A DNA stretch of 63,914 bases, filler included, from Trypethelium eluteriae (lineage: Eukaryota), in assembly GCA_051942245.1 (NCBI GenBank). It is 4 parts of 4 records of this genome, joined end to end, with 100 filler letters (N's around TTAATTAATTAA, not from the genome) between each part and the next. Parts side by side here need not be neighbours in the genome. Positions count along the whole stretch, not along the records: positions 32,641 to 48,801 come from JAVECL010000630.1; positions 48,902 to 63,914 come from JAVECL010000660.1; 2 more parts are not named here. One strand, written 5' to 3'. Made by a program: the position numbers and the translations under genes. The notes beneath the pieces are model-generated. The model was not told the origin of the DNA and searched no databases. It was given only the letters and a program-made list of their open reading frames with translations. Positions within the stretch are counted from its first letter, which is position 1; each line of letters starts with the position of its first letter. Of the stretch, positions 38,701 through 52,386 are shown piece after piece.

Positions 38701-41700
38701 TTAAAGCTGTAATAATAGCATAAATGGGTGTCTAATATCTAACCATATTATTGCAATAAAAAAGGCCCTTTTTAAAGCTTGGCATACCTACTAATTTAAA
38801 AAAGAATAATGCAGTTAATAAAGCAGTAAAAATGCTTGCTTAATTAGCCTTTATGTTTTACTGTCTTACCTTAGCACGCAAATTAGCCATACTCCCTATA
38901 TTATTAAGCAATAAATTAGTATTAAGTTTAACATTAAGCCAAAAATAATTCCCGCATAAGTTGTTATTAAAATAATTACATAAATCTTGCTATGTACTTT
39001 TGCTATTAAAAAAGGAAATAAATAAATAATATAATTAAGGTATAAAGTTATTGCTAAAAATATGCTAGAAGTGTGAGGCTTAAAATAATTTAGCTTTAAT
39101 AATACCAGTATTAAGTAATAAGGTAATATTAAGGGTTAAGCTGTTAGGCCAGATTTAGCAAAGCTTAAAAAGATTAATATTAATTAGATTATTATGTTAA
39201 AGGCTGCTGTCTTAAAAAGCACTATGTGCGCGAATTTGGGCTAAACAGAATAGGCTGTCTTAGAATTAATATAAAATAAGGTAGGCATAAAGGGATAAAT
39301 ATTGGAGCCGCGGATATAATACGCATACTAAAATAGTAATTAGTAAGGAGAATTTAAAGAGAGTAAGATATATACACTTCCTAAATTAAGGGCTCCGCGC
39401 TTAGATTAAAGTGGGTAATACTTTAGTATCCTAAATAATATAATTAATAAAAAAATTAAGATTCTTAAGTATAAATATACTGCAGGCCCTTTTTTAAAGG
39501 AATAAGGTGTTATAATTAATAAAAATAAAGCATAACACATCTAAGATTGTTATTGCTATAATTATAACTTTTATAATATTAAGATTAAATATATAATTAT
39601 AGGCATTAAATATTATCTTTAGGTAATCTTTTAGGGCTATTATATTATAACAGTTATTATCTACCTAATAGCATAAATATCTCCTTAGTTAAGGGACCAG
39701 CTAATTATGCAATTTATTATAATTAGTAAAGAAGTATTTAATAATTGCATTAAAGGTACTGCTGTACTGAGCTGCATCCTATTAATATAAATATAAATTA
39801 AGCATAATTAGGCCGCCTAAACTTATGCTAATAATAAAGTTAAATGTATTATAAAGGTAAAAATCTAGCCCTAGCTGCTCTTAAAGGAGATAAAGATTCT
39901 TAAGCAGAATAACCCTATAAGTGCCTCCTTTATTTACACTTAATAGCCGCACACCAGCTGTTGGAGGTTTTAATTGTGTTAAGAAATAGCTAGGAGTATA
40001 GCAGAGAGGGTAATAATTTAGCCAGAAGATATAATTGCTGTTTATATTAGCTGTAAAGGTACCAAAAACTTGCAGGTATATATTATATATGGCATAACTA
40101 TAGCTAACTATATGTTGTGGGGGCTGTAAGATGTAATAAAGGCAAGTTAAATTACTGCAGTATTATGCCATGTTAAGATTATGTATTAATATGTGATAAA
40201 AGTAAAGCTCCCATAACAGTATCCCTTTATAATCTAAATTATGGAATAATAAATGTAGGTAGCGCGCAATTTATTAATAATAATATTTTATAAAAGTACT
40301 TATTTTAAAGACCTTTTTAAGTGCTGCAACGCAATGGGCTTAATATAATACACGGAAAATATGTGTAGGATTAAAGACTGTGTGGAGTTAGCAAAAAATA
40401 ATTATCCTTAGCTAGGCCCTTATTATATGCTTTAAGGGGATATACATCCATAAGTAAATAGGATGCTAAATAAGCAGTTATTTTGCTATAATTAATATTA
40501 TGCTAAACCGCAAGGTGCAAAAAATTAATAATATGCCTCTAATATTTATCTTAAAAAATACAGTAAGTTTTTATTACATAAATAAAGTTAAAGGGGTTAA
40601 AAAGGCTGGTTAAAAAATATCTTAGGTAGGAACTCTATAATACTTTAAGCTAAAGGGCAGAAAATTACCAGCGGAAGTAATAATATAGCTCCTGCATTTT
40701 ATAGGTCTAAGTAAAGAGTACTTTTTTAAGAGGGCGGTAATAAGCAAGGGGAGATAAGGAATACCTTAGTGCTAATATAATAAGGGTTGTAGATATAAAT
40801 AGGCAATTAATATTATATTTATAGGATTAAAGCTCCGCGCAAAGGGGCTGTAATATTGTATTAGTGTATTTTTTAATTATTATAAGGATTAGACTGGGCC
40901 ACACCTAATTAAGTAAGTTATTATAAATCCTAAGTAAGACCTATTAAAGTAAAGCATCCCAGAACTTATCTGCGCTATTAAGGTTTTTAATAAAAATAAC
41001 TAAAATATAAGCAAATAAAAGAAGTAATTTAGCAAAAATTGTATTAATAAAACTTTATGGGCTTAGATATAGCCATAAGATAAGAAATATTTAATTATAA
41101 TAGCAAATTATTATAACATGGCTTAGGGGAATTAAAGCTAAAAAATCCCTATTAATAAATATAATTAAATAGTCAGCTTTAATAGTCTAATTATTAACTT
41201 GCATATTAATAATACTACTTAAGTGCCCACACCGGATGTTATTATAAGGATAAACCTATTATAAAGCCACATTCTTTGCTCAGCTTTTAAGGAAGAAAAT
41301 AATAAAAGGGTCCTAGCAGTGCAAGTTAATAAGTTTATAAACTACCTAAAAGAATTAATTTATATTTATAATTATGCAGTCCTTAGCTCCAGCTAATTAT
41401 ATTTATAAAATATGGTTATAAGGCGCTATTAGATAGGGTATAAGGGCAGTAAAGAAGCATAAGTAAGCACCTTTAATATATGCTATTATGCTTAAATAAT
41501 CCTATTTATGCTTAAAGATAATATAATTTATTAGCTTAATTATTAGAATTAATTGAAGATTATTTAATCCAGTTATACTTACAGCATAATAAGTAAGACT
41601 TTATATAATAAAAATAATAAGGTATTATTTATTAAAAAATAATTACAGCATAAAGGCTGAGCAAAAGTTAGACTTTATAATCTTACATTTAAGCCGGGTA

Positions 41701-44700
41701 ATATATAAGGAGCTCACACCTTAAATTAGGGTAATATCTAATACTTAATTTATATTTTTTAAACTAAAGGCTGCTATTATTTTAAATCTAAGTATTTTAT
41801 GCTAATAATTTTTTTATTAAATTAATTAATTAAAGCCTAAGAAGAGGTAGGCTTAGCTAAAAATAAGCTTTTAAACTACACTAAAGTTTTACTACTTTTA
41901 TATTTTAATTAATTATTGCTTTGTCTTTATAATTGGTATTAAATTAAAGCTGCTTAATACTTTTTTGTGCCTATTAACTTATAGTGGGTAATAGAATTTT
42001 ATCTTAAAGGTTTAATAATAAAAATAATTTAAAAAAATAATTACCTGCTAACCTTGCGTAAAGCTCTTAGAGAAGCTAATCCTCTAACTTAGGTCTAAGG
42101 ATGCTAATTCTCGCCCTTTTAGTAATAAAGATATTTATTATTATTTTTGCTTTTATTAAAAAAATTATAATAATATGCAAGCATAGACCTAATTAGCCTG
42201 CTTATCTTAATAAAAATAAGTAAATATTAATTTACTTGCCTTTAAGTTAACTCTAATTTATAATACTCTTAATAAGCTTTTCTTATTTATTAGGCTTTAG
42301 GGTGCTATTTAATTAAGAACTTTATATTATATTCTTAGCTTTTAATATAAAGAGGTCTGTTTTTTTTATAAGTTTAGCTGCATAAAGACTAAAATATTTT
42401 AAAAATTATGCTATTATTTAAATTATATTTACGCCTTATAAATAAAAATAATGCCGGCTGGTATTAAAATAAAACTTAATATTAAAAGTATCTAATATTT
42501 AAAATTTTTAGCTCCTAAATACTTACAAAAAAATTCTAAGTTAATTATAAATAATATATAAGATAATTAACTTTTTACCCTTATCTTTAATTTTACACAG
42601 TATGCAGGAATTTAGGCCAGCCTTTTTAAGGTTTAAGGCAGAATTTTATTGCTTTATATATTTTTAGAAGATATAAAATATCTTAAGTTATGCGCACAGA
42701 TATTGCGCAGCCTTTTGCCTAAGACTAAGGAGTTAACATAAGCAGTATTCTGGTAAATATATTGTCTATTCTTAGAAATATTAGCGATCTAGGTGGCTAA
42801 CTTTAATATATCTTTAATTACTGCACCTTAGCATATTATGTTTAATCTGGCATACTAATAGCTGTGGTTATTTATAATATGTTATTTTTTAAAAATAATA
42901 ATTATAAACCCACATAAGGATGCGAAAGTGCTAGCCCTAATTATTAAAGTTTAAAAAGACCTCTTTACCCAGCTTACATAATTAGCACATAAATCTGGCT
43001 TTAAGCTAACGGGTATTTTAAGAAGGCGAGATAGTATTGCTTAAATAATTTATAAGCTTATTAGTAAGGTTTAACTAAATAACTTTTTTAATATAAACCA
43101 GTTAGCCTTAGCCTCTTATATCTAAGATATTAATTATATTATTAAGGCTATATTAGCTTAACTGCTTACACATTGCACCCCACCTTTAACTAATTATATT
43201 TTAAAAAAGCCTATTTTGTATTATTATAATTAACTGTATAAATAGTCTTATAAACAAAATTGCAGTTATCTCTTCCTTTATTATCTTTATAATAATTAAT
43301 TAGAAGCTAATATACACATCTCTTCCTTTGCTATTAAATAGGACTTTTTTTACTCCTTCTTTAAGCTCACGCTAGTTATAATAAGTGCTTATAGAATATT
43401 ATTTAACTGTTTTATGCTAATAGTTATATTTAATACTTATCCTACAAAACCCATGCATAAACCTTAGTTATAAGAAGAGGACTGTCTTATAGAAATAAAG
43501 GCATTCCGTAATACTAGTATTTTTAATCTTATAAGTTCCTTTTATAAGCCTTAGCTATAAAAAAAGCAGACTACCTGGATGGTTTTTTTTATAAATAATA
43601 AGCTTATCCCCTTTAAAAATTATTAATAAATTTCCTTAAGGTAATTATAAATTATTTAAGTTATGGACAGATTTAAGGCCTTGCATATCTTATAGTAAAT
43701 ATATTTTATATATGCTAGGATATTAGTATATTTACTTATTGCATTTTATATTAGCCTTGGAGAGTATTATAAACTACTTTAATTAATAAAACTTTTTTAT
43801 TAGCACCTTTTTTATTATAAGGTTTTAGGCTATCCTGCCCCATAAAGTAAGCTATTATACCAGGCTTATTATTATTAATATAAAGTTTTATAGCTAACCA
43901 AGCTTTATTTTTATAAAGATTATATAAAATATTTTTTTTTTTTTGCTAATCTGTTATAAAAATATGGATTATTAAGAAGCAATTTTGGGATGGTTATTTG
44001 CTTATAAATTTAGCCTAATTAAGTAATATTATTTACACTGTATTATATTTAGGCCTATTATTGCAGCTTATCTTTACTTTTGCGCCTTTCCCGCCTAATT
44101 AATAAGCTATTAATGCATTTCTTAAACCCATTTTTTAATTATTTTAATAAAATTAAAAACATAAATAATGTATAAGCTTAATAAATTAAAATAATTATTA
44201 TTAATAATAAAATATAATTCTTTTTTAAATAAGGATAAACTTACGCACTAAAGTTTTGCTTTAGCTTATTAAGGTGTTTATCTTTATTAATTTAATTATA
44301 GCATTATAAAGCGGCGTATATATTATTAAAATTGCAAGTTTTTATTAGTTTATAAGCCCTCTAATAAGATATTAGGCTAAGTTTTATCTGCTTACTGGTT
44401 CTTAAGTTCTGTGACCTTTTATTTTATATCCTAATAATTAAAATTAAGCATATTAATATTATGTGTTTAATCCTAAGTATTTATGCTTAGCATAAATAAA
44501 TATAGCTGCGGAACCACATTGCTTGCTTATGGGGCGCTTTAATAACCAGTAGGTGTAAGTATAATAATATTAAAACAAATAAGCAGTAATTCTAGTATTA
44601 ATTCTAATATTGCAATAATATTATTTAATAATAGATTGCTTATATATTCTTCCCAAGTTTAATTAATATTAGCAATTTAAGATGCTATTATGGAGGTATT

Positions 44701-47700
44701 TAAAATGCTCTTATCTTTATTACATTTTAGGGAATCTTTATAATTTTGCTGCAGCAGCTTTATATAATAGAGCTAATAAATAATTAAAGTTAAATAAATC
44801 TAATAATAACATTTTTATATTAATATAAAGCTTGCTCCTTTACTTAATTTTTATGGAGGATTTACTTAATACTGTCTAAGGGCTGATATCTTATTTGGGA
44901 TGTGTTTTAGATTTTATTATTTAAATTATTACCTTAGTTAGCGCTACCTTTAATATTAAAATAATTAAAAAACTCTACGCAGCGCAGCTTATAACCAATA
45001 TTAGATGCTGTTATAGTGTTAAACCTTATTATGTGCTAATTTAAGACTTAAAAATTCTCTTATTATTATTAGCTTTTATTGTATTTAGGGTTATCCTAAA
45101 AGCTTTTTATTTTAGATTATCCTCTTGTTACTAAGAAAGGCGCAAACTTAATATTTTTGATTATAAAAAGCTTACTTATGGCTATTTTACATAATTATGC
45201 TTTATTAGGCTTCCCTGCTACTCTTCTTACTTATAGCTACAGCCTTTTTTACATTAATTATATTTAGAATAAATATAAGGTTGCTACTTAATATGCATTA
45301 AGCTTACAATATCAGAATTAGTTATTATTAATAAATTATAAATAATTGTAAGATTAAATTTATAAGTATTAAACCTTTTAAGCCAGGCTTAGTAATAAAT
45401 TATGTAATGCTAAGAATATTATTAAATAAAATTACAAAAATATTACCTCCCTTAAAAAGAAGCTTATTTATGCATATAAATATATTTAAAGGGTAAGCTG
45501 TATATTAAAAGATACTTTAAAAGGATTAATGTAATTAGGAACCTTTTAATACCTAAGGGAACTTCTCTAAAATAATAATATACATGTAAGTTAACCCTAT
45601 TTATAGCTGGAGGTTATTTTATTAATAGGTAATCCCAAACATATTTATTATTAATATGTGTAACTATAAGTTAACATAAGTTAAGCAAACGCATCCATAG
45701 AATCTAATAATAAGCTATCCAAAGCTTTAGCAATATTAGGTATGTATAAAGACAGCTTCTAAAGAGAGCTCTACTTATGTATGTAGGAACCACCTTAAAT
45801 AACTCACAGCTCCTGCCTGTGTTAACTGCTAAATTAGAGGGATCTTCTTTTATAGCTCTTTTAGCTAATTTTAGCTCAGATTTTAAGCAGCTATTATCCG
45901 CTAAGGAATCTTGGCTTATGTATAAAAAAAAGCACTTATTGTAGTTTAATTTAATAAATTATAAATAAAAAAGCATTTAGCCTAAGCTTATTGCTTAAAT
46001 TAATAGTAGCATTATATTAATAGAATATTAAGCATTCTTTAGAATTAAATAAATTAATTTATTTAATGCATTATATAAAGTTATGGAATTAGTTATATTT
46101 ATCTTCCATAGTGCCTTTAAAGGCGTCCTTTAATAATATTAAGGTTAAATAAGGAGGCGGACTTTTAAGGTTATCCTCCTTAAAGACTTTATCTTTACTT
46201 TTATAATTCTTTAAGGCGCTTTTTTAAAGCTGTTTTGCTGTTCTTATTTAATTATATTAATAAGTAATTAATTTTAATATAAGTTTAACTTCTTTAATAT
46301 TTATAAAATATTAAGTAGGATTAGTATAAGAGATAACTTTATACAAAGTTACATATTAGCTGCTCCTTACTTAGCGGCTAAAAAGGGCTATTATTGGATT
46401 TCTAATAATAAATAATATTTTTATGCTGGATTAAAATGTACATACTTATGGGGCATAACAGTATTAGCTACTTTGCTTTCTTAAAGACAGTCTGCTGTTA
46501 ACACTTAAATAAAGTTTTAGCCTTTCTTTATAGGTTTATATTTATTTAATCTTTAATTAATAATAATTAAGTATTTTATATAATTAACCCTTAATAACCT
46601 TGTTTTAATTTAATGCAAACCTGCAACCCCTTGCTAATTATCTTCCTTAAAAAAAGCACTATAATTAATATACATACCTCCTAAGATTAGTCGCGTCTAT
46701 TACTACATATATTACTTAGACCGTCAGCATAATTAATAGCCTTTAGATAATGGACATACCCCAGATATATGCGCTGGTTGCCAGCAGCTTATTCCTTCTT
46801 CTACTTTTGATTTGCATATTACCCCTCCTTCTGTGACATAACCTAAGTTATTTTTTACTTAAGTATGTTTTTTACTTCTGCATTTTTTATTAGCTTTAAT
46901 TATTTAGACTTATTACATGGGCTAAAATTAGCTTTTAAGTCCTATATTAGGTAGGTACCCTAATATATAACTTTATTAAAGTAAATATTATAATAAAGGC
47001 GGGGCAATGTGCAGCTATTTTATTTATTATTAATTTAATTCCTTTATTCTTATTATATTAACTTAAAGTTGTAATAAACACTGCTAGTGTATTATTATAT
47101 GCAATATTTTATATATATGCTATAACCAGTATAATAATAGTTAAATAAGCTTTAATTTATATTTATATTTAATTATTTTAGTAATTATTTTTAACAGCCT
47201 GCTTAAGTAACTTATATAGCTTAATTATAAGTAAAATTCCAGACTTATTATTATTAAGTAATTTATAACCTAAGTTTTTTATACTTTTAGGCCTTTTTAT
47301 AATTAGCCCTTTAGGGCGAAAATATTATTTTTAATTTTTCCTTATAAGTTATTTTGCCTTAGGTGTGAGTTTATTAGCAGTATTTTAGATACATACCCAC
47401 TTAACTTTTTTATATTATTATATTTTAATATTTTTTATTACTTTTAGTCTCACCCTTACTCTTTACTTATTTTATTTTATCTTTTAAAATTAATTAATTA
47501 GCACAGCTTATTATTTAAGTAATTAATTAAAAATAATTAAAATAAAAGTTTAATTATCTTATGGTTAATAAGTGCATATAAGTTAATATATATAATTTAC
47601 ACTTCTTAGTTTATCTTTTTCTTAGGGCTATTTATTTATAATTATTTAATAAAAAAATAGTAATAAAGAATATACCTTAAAGATATACCTTTTAGGTTAG

Positions 47701-48614
47701 CAAGGTACAAAATTTGTGGATAAGCTTTAGAGTATTTATAATACTTTATTTAAAAAAAATAATAAGTTAAAAATAAATAATTATAACTTTATAAAATTTT
47801 TATAAACTGTAATTAATAAATAGGCCTCCCAATCCTATTAAGCTATTTTTAATAAGCCTTATAAAAAACTTTATACATTTAAATAATATAAAACTTTTTT
47901 TATAATTATAATAAGAATAGGTATTATTGCCCAGCTTCTGCATATAAAAGAAGTACTGGAAAATATTAGAAATAATATAGCTGCAATATATTATATTTAA
48001 TTATATTAAAAATTAAAGGATATTAACTTTAATTAAATAAGCTATTATTTAAACTCTTTTATTAAACAAGATAATTAATATATAAAATATTAATCCCTTA
48101 TAAGCTTTATTAAAAACCCTTTAAGTATTTAGCATTATAATTTATAATATTAATTATAATATTAAATACTTTTTTAATAAATATTAACTTATTATAAAAC
48201 ATTAAGGCTTAGAATTTTAATTAGGCAATATTATTAAATTGCATAAATTTAATAAAAGGGTAGCAGTTATTAATAAGTAAAGATAAAAAAAAAGCAGAAT
48301 TTAGAGACATCCTAACTTAAATTAATTAGTATTAAGCAATAAAAAAACTTATTATAAAATTTAATATACTTTATTTAAAGGGTATTATAAGAATATTTAA
48401 TTTTTCCCTTTTAAATTTTAGCCAAAAAATTAATTAAAATTATAAATTAAGGAGCTTTTTTAAACTTTTCTTTCTTTTTATAATGTAATAAGCCTGCTAT
48501 AATTAAACTATTTAATATTTAAATAGAGTTAAATTATATCCATTTGGGCAAAGAAGCTCTTAGCGACATCCAGAGTGAAGAAATTAGAAGTCGCAGGTGG
48601 AGATATCTTCAGAA

Positions 48615-48801
48615 GAAGTCCGCTGGGACGGAGACGTCCCTGGGAGGCAAAGTCCCTAGGGAGGCAAAGTCCTGGGGAGATGAAGTCCCTGGGGAGGAGA
48701 AGTCCCTAGGGAGGAGAAGTCCCTGGGGAGGCGAAGTCCCTGGGGAGGCGAAGTCCCTGGGGAGATGAAGTCCCTGGGGAGGAGAAGTCCCTAGGGAGAT
48801 G
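48615..48801 (+). repeat. 17-bp minisatellite (GAAGTCCCTGGGGAGGC)n at contig end
   Basis: About 11 variant copies running into the linker. Confidence 0.9.
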
Positions 48802-48901
48802 NNNNNNNNNNNNNNNNNNNNNNNNNNNNNNNNNNNNNNNNNNNNTTAATTAATTAANNNNNNNNNNNNNNNNNNNNNNNNNNNNNNNNNNNNNNNNNNN
48901 N
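48802..48901. other. Artificial contig linker
   Basis: N44-TTAATTAATTAA-N44. Confidence 0.98.
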
Positions 48902-50233
48902 CTATCTAGGTCGCCCGAGGTGCAGGCTGCTATATAGACCTCCCTATCTAGGTGAGGGCGAAGGGAAATGAACTAATAGCTACAGGGCGTAAGGATCTAC
49001 ATGAAGGGATCCGAGCGCGCGTGAGATGTGGTAAACACCACCTCCGAGGCTATGTTGATTGGATCTACTTCATGAACAATATCAATGCTCCGTATCGAAA
49101 CGCCGTGCAGTTCGGACGAAGATTGGGTGCAGAGATGACGGTGCGGATACTTTTATGGGCAGTCGACGAGGTTTCGGACCACTTAAATCAACCATAAAAG
49201 TATAGTTATTGTTACGATGGACAACGTTTGGTTGTCCTTGTAGAAAGCGGAACGTGATGGATACGAAGATGTAGAGTCTAGGTTCGTGAGGGAACCGAAG
49301 ACGAAACTATATAGGGTATGCGCTAATACAAATGTGGTAGCGACAACAACCAAGAGACCCAATGCTACTGCCTTTCAACAGTCCTTGCTAAAGGCCCCCG
49401 ACCTGCTGAGTAATTTGTTGGTCGTCACAAAAGCGTATACTACATGCCGAACTCATGACTCCGCATGATCATACTGTCTCGATCCCAAGGCCAGTGCAGC
49501 CTGCTGGGCCGAGGAGGGGTGTAAGAGTCGACTGCCATGTGTTCGTACCGTTCGGGATGGAGTTAATCCTGAATTTGAACAAGATTTATGGATAGAGCTC
49601 AGGGATATATTGGGATGTTGTAAGTATGGAGTAAGTATGGATACTTCTTATGGCCCATTCATCAGCCGACCGAAAGAACTGGCTGAGGTCATCGTGGGGT
49701 CCGCAGATAAACTTAGAACGGTTAAGGCGAGCAAGTAGAAGCGAAAGAGGAAGGTCTTGAACCGTGTTCAGTGCGGAATCACTATCATCAGACACACGAC
49801 ATAGTCCCAAGCGAGCGCCCAGGGCAGGATTTTATTATATTCAGAACCAATCTATATAGAAGTGGAGAGCAATATGTACCGACTAAACCAGGAGTTGCAA
49901 AAAACAACGTATGATCCAATTTTTCGAGGTAGTCGTCTTCTGTACCGACAGTGTGTGCTTTGAAAAGTGGTTGTGAGGCCCGATATCACACGTGGTGGCA
50001 AGAATTAAGCATTTTGGCTGACGTGAGAATAAGGTCGTCTAGCTCAACAGGACAGCAGTTCTGAAATGTATCGAATAAGCACGTATTCCACGGATTATCA
50101 CATTAGCCTGGCTCTTCTCTTGAGTATAGGAAATCCTCGCCGTTCAATCTTTCAAGCAGATCAAATTAGGGAAGAGACCGCAATATTAACGGGACCTAAA
50201 GAATACAGGGAGGTATCGCACACAAGGCCCAAG

Positions 50234-50953
50234 ATGCTTTCAGACACAGAGGAAGAGCCGTTTCTTCGAAACATGGATCAGAATCACCAAGAGAAAGGCG
50301 ATCCGCTTCGTGCACACATTACTGACGAGTTCGGTAACTCGAAGCATTGGAAATACCTTCCATTATTCCTTCTCTCTCATTGCATGGTGTTCATTGTCAC
50401 TTCGTTGATCTGGGGAGGAATCATCCTTCTTGGCTTGCACCAAGTAAATCTGACGCGCTCCGTTATTCATCCCGACCATCCCGAACCGCATGGCGACTTC
50501 ATCTCAAACGCACACATATCTCTTTGCGGCAACTCTCCCTCCGAAGCAAAGGCCAGTGATTGCGAGTATGACATCCTCAGCAACCACTGGATCCCCAGCC
50601 CCTGTATGGACCACGCCGCAGTCGAAGAATACCAAACAGATGGCTCCTGGTTCGGCTTTGCTGACGAGAACCGCACCGCACTCCTGTCTATCGACGACAT
50701 GTCGCAGATGGAGTTCTACTACACGTCGGAGAGAGACCACATCGTTCACTGCGCTATGCTGTGGAGGAAACAGTTCCGCGCTTTCTTTGAGGGGCGGACG
50801 CAACTCGACACCATCATCGCAAGCGAGAGACATACGACACACTGTTCCCAGTTCTTGATTGACATGACGGCCAAGGGGCCAGATTATTGGAATATGCCAA
50901 TCAAAACGTGGGTTGGATACGGGGGGTGCTGGTCGAAGAACGAGGCCGCGTGA
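50234..50953 (+). CDS. Divergent DUF3328/UstYa-like membrane-anchored oxidase with two HXXHC motifs
   Basis: Likely start MLSDTEEEPFL; one TM helix; CGNSPSEAKASDCEYDILSNHWIP; HIVHC and HTTHC. Confidence 0.75.
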   Translation: MLSDTEEEPFLRNMDQNHQEKGDPLRAHITDEFGNSKHWKYLPLFLLSHCMVFIVTSLIWGGIILLGLHQVNLTRSVIHPDHPEPHGDFISNAHISLCGNSPSEAKASDCEYDILSNHWIPSPCMDHAAVEEYQTDGSWFGFADENRTALLSIDDMSQMEFYYTSERDHIVHCAMLWRKQFRAFFEGRTQLDTIIASERHTTHCSQFLIDMTAKGPDYWNMPIKTWVGYGGCWSKNEAA

Positions 50954-51503
50954 GCTTGAGAGTAGGAAGATGAGTTCTGTTGGTAGTTGAAACATCTAGA
51001 AGAGAAGCAACGTGCTATCATACAACGTCGAATTAATTGGCTAACGGGGAACTCAATTCTAAGAGTCCGAGCGAATGGCTCGGTCATACACTGAACCTCT
51101 TGGTCAAGCTGTTTGCTGGACGTCATGGCTTGTATCTTGGCTTTCTGTTCAAATAGAGGCTTGCCATTTTGGAGTGTTCTGAAGTAAGATCAAAGGAAAG
51201 GTAGAATGTTGTACAGTGTCAACCAGTCGTTTCGTTCGGCCACTGTACATCCAGGAGCTGTGTCTTCTGATCCTCATCCGACCACTTTTCGGTATACATT
51301 CACATGTATGACGTGATTTGCGTGTTGAGTAAGGGGATTCGATAGGGAGCGAAGTAGAAGTCAGAGTTTTCAGGCGGTTCAGACTGGCTCTTGTGCTCCC
51401 TCAGTGCACAGCAACGTGTACTATCTATCCCCGGCCTAACAAGACTCGAGGGCATTCTCCTGTTCTCTAGACGTGCTTTGTAAGGACAAATGCTAGACCA
51501 GTG

Positions 51504-52386
51504 CTATGCATTGACGTCCGCACCGTACGTGAGAAGTAGTAACGTAAGCGGTTCCGACTCGCGCTCGACCGCGAAGTGCAGCGCGGCGTTGCCATACATA
51601 TCTTTCAAGTTGACATCAACAAAAGCTTCCAAAAGTCTCTTGGCAATTTCCAGATTCTCCAATTGGACTGCACGAAACAGTGCAGTGCGGCCTAGCGAGT
51701 CCTTGACATTTGGGTTGGCGTTATTTTCCAGAAGGATCTCAACAATCTCTTCCCGACCATTTTCTACGGCAATATGCAGTGCCGTTTGGCCTAGACTATC
51801 TTGTATCGTGATATCTGCTCCTTTGTCTACAAGGAGCCGCGTCATAGATGTATTTCCACGACACGCTGCCCGGTGAAGAGCCGGCCTGCCGAGTTCCATT
51901 TCAGGCACTGGTAGCGAGATATCATTCAATCCAGGGTTCGGCGGCCACACACTCTGCTCCATTGGAGGAAATTGGCAGCCGGTGACCGCGGCCTCGGTCT
52001 CGTCAGGAGGAGAATCGTTGGATACGCAGATACCACTGTCAGCAACCTCAGGTTCAGAATCATGAGGCAAAACAGGAATTTCTTTGTCTGGCACCGTGGG
52101 AGGGAGGAGACCTTCGGAATATTTTCCAACGGCCTCTTCCAATGCACGCAGTCTTACTTTTTGATTACGTCCTATGTAGTCACTAGAATTACTTTCTGAG
52201 CGAATGGAGGAAAAGAGATGGAGATTGGCCCTTACGATATGTGCGCTGTGCCAGCCGATTTTGTTGTCGTTTACGCTCCTTTGGATCTAGCTGCTTCGAG
52301 TTGTCTTGAGGAGCATGCCTCGTCTGTCTGCAAAACGTTTTAGATCTGGCATCCGGAGTTGCGACCTGTCCAGCAAGATTCATCAT
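51504..52386 (-). CDS. bZIP basic-region plus ankyrin-repeat transcription factor (bANK, ToxE-like architecture), 2 exons
   Basis: KERKRQQNRLAQRTYR, intron, RNQKVRLRALE; four ankyrin repeats (PALHRAA, TALHIAV, TALFRAV, AALHFAV). Confidence 0.88.

Larger units (their letters stand above)
33126..48540. mobile_element. RIP-degenerated AT-rich transposon/repeat block
   Basis: Very AT-rich, TpA-saturated, CpA/TpG-depleted; essentially no ORFs in the track; residual codon-like frames broken by TAA/TAG. Confidence 0.9.

Noticed and set aside
12096..48540. Argonaute plus RIP block as a linked defence island
   Set aside because: They lie on different contigs separated by artificial linkers.
46900..48540. 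Possible MULE-type transposase relic on the minus strand
   Set aside because: Only faint hints (an RPKG-like stretch); too RIP-damaged to support a family call.
33126..48540. Mitochondrial DNA or AT-rich contaminant
   Set aside because: TpA excess with CpA/TpG loss and no rRNA, tRNA or respiratory gene motifs fit RIP better.
48544..48801. Possible CRISPR array or 74-aa ORF
   Set aside because: Head-to-tail 17-bp minisatellite with no unique spacers, in a eukaryotic context.
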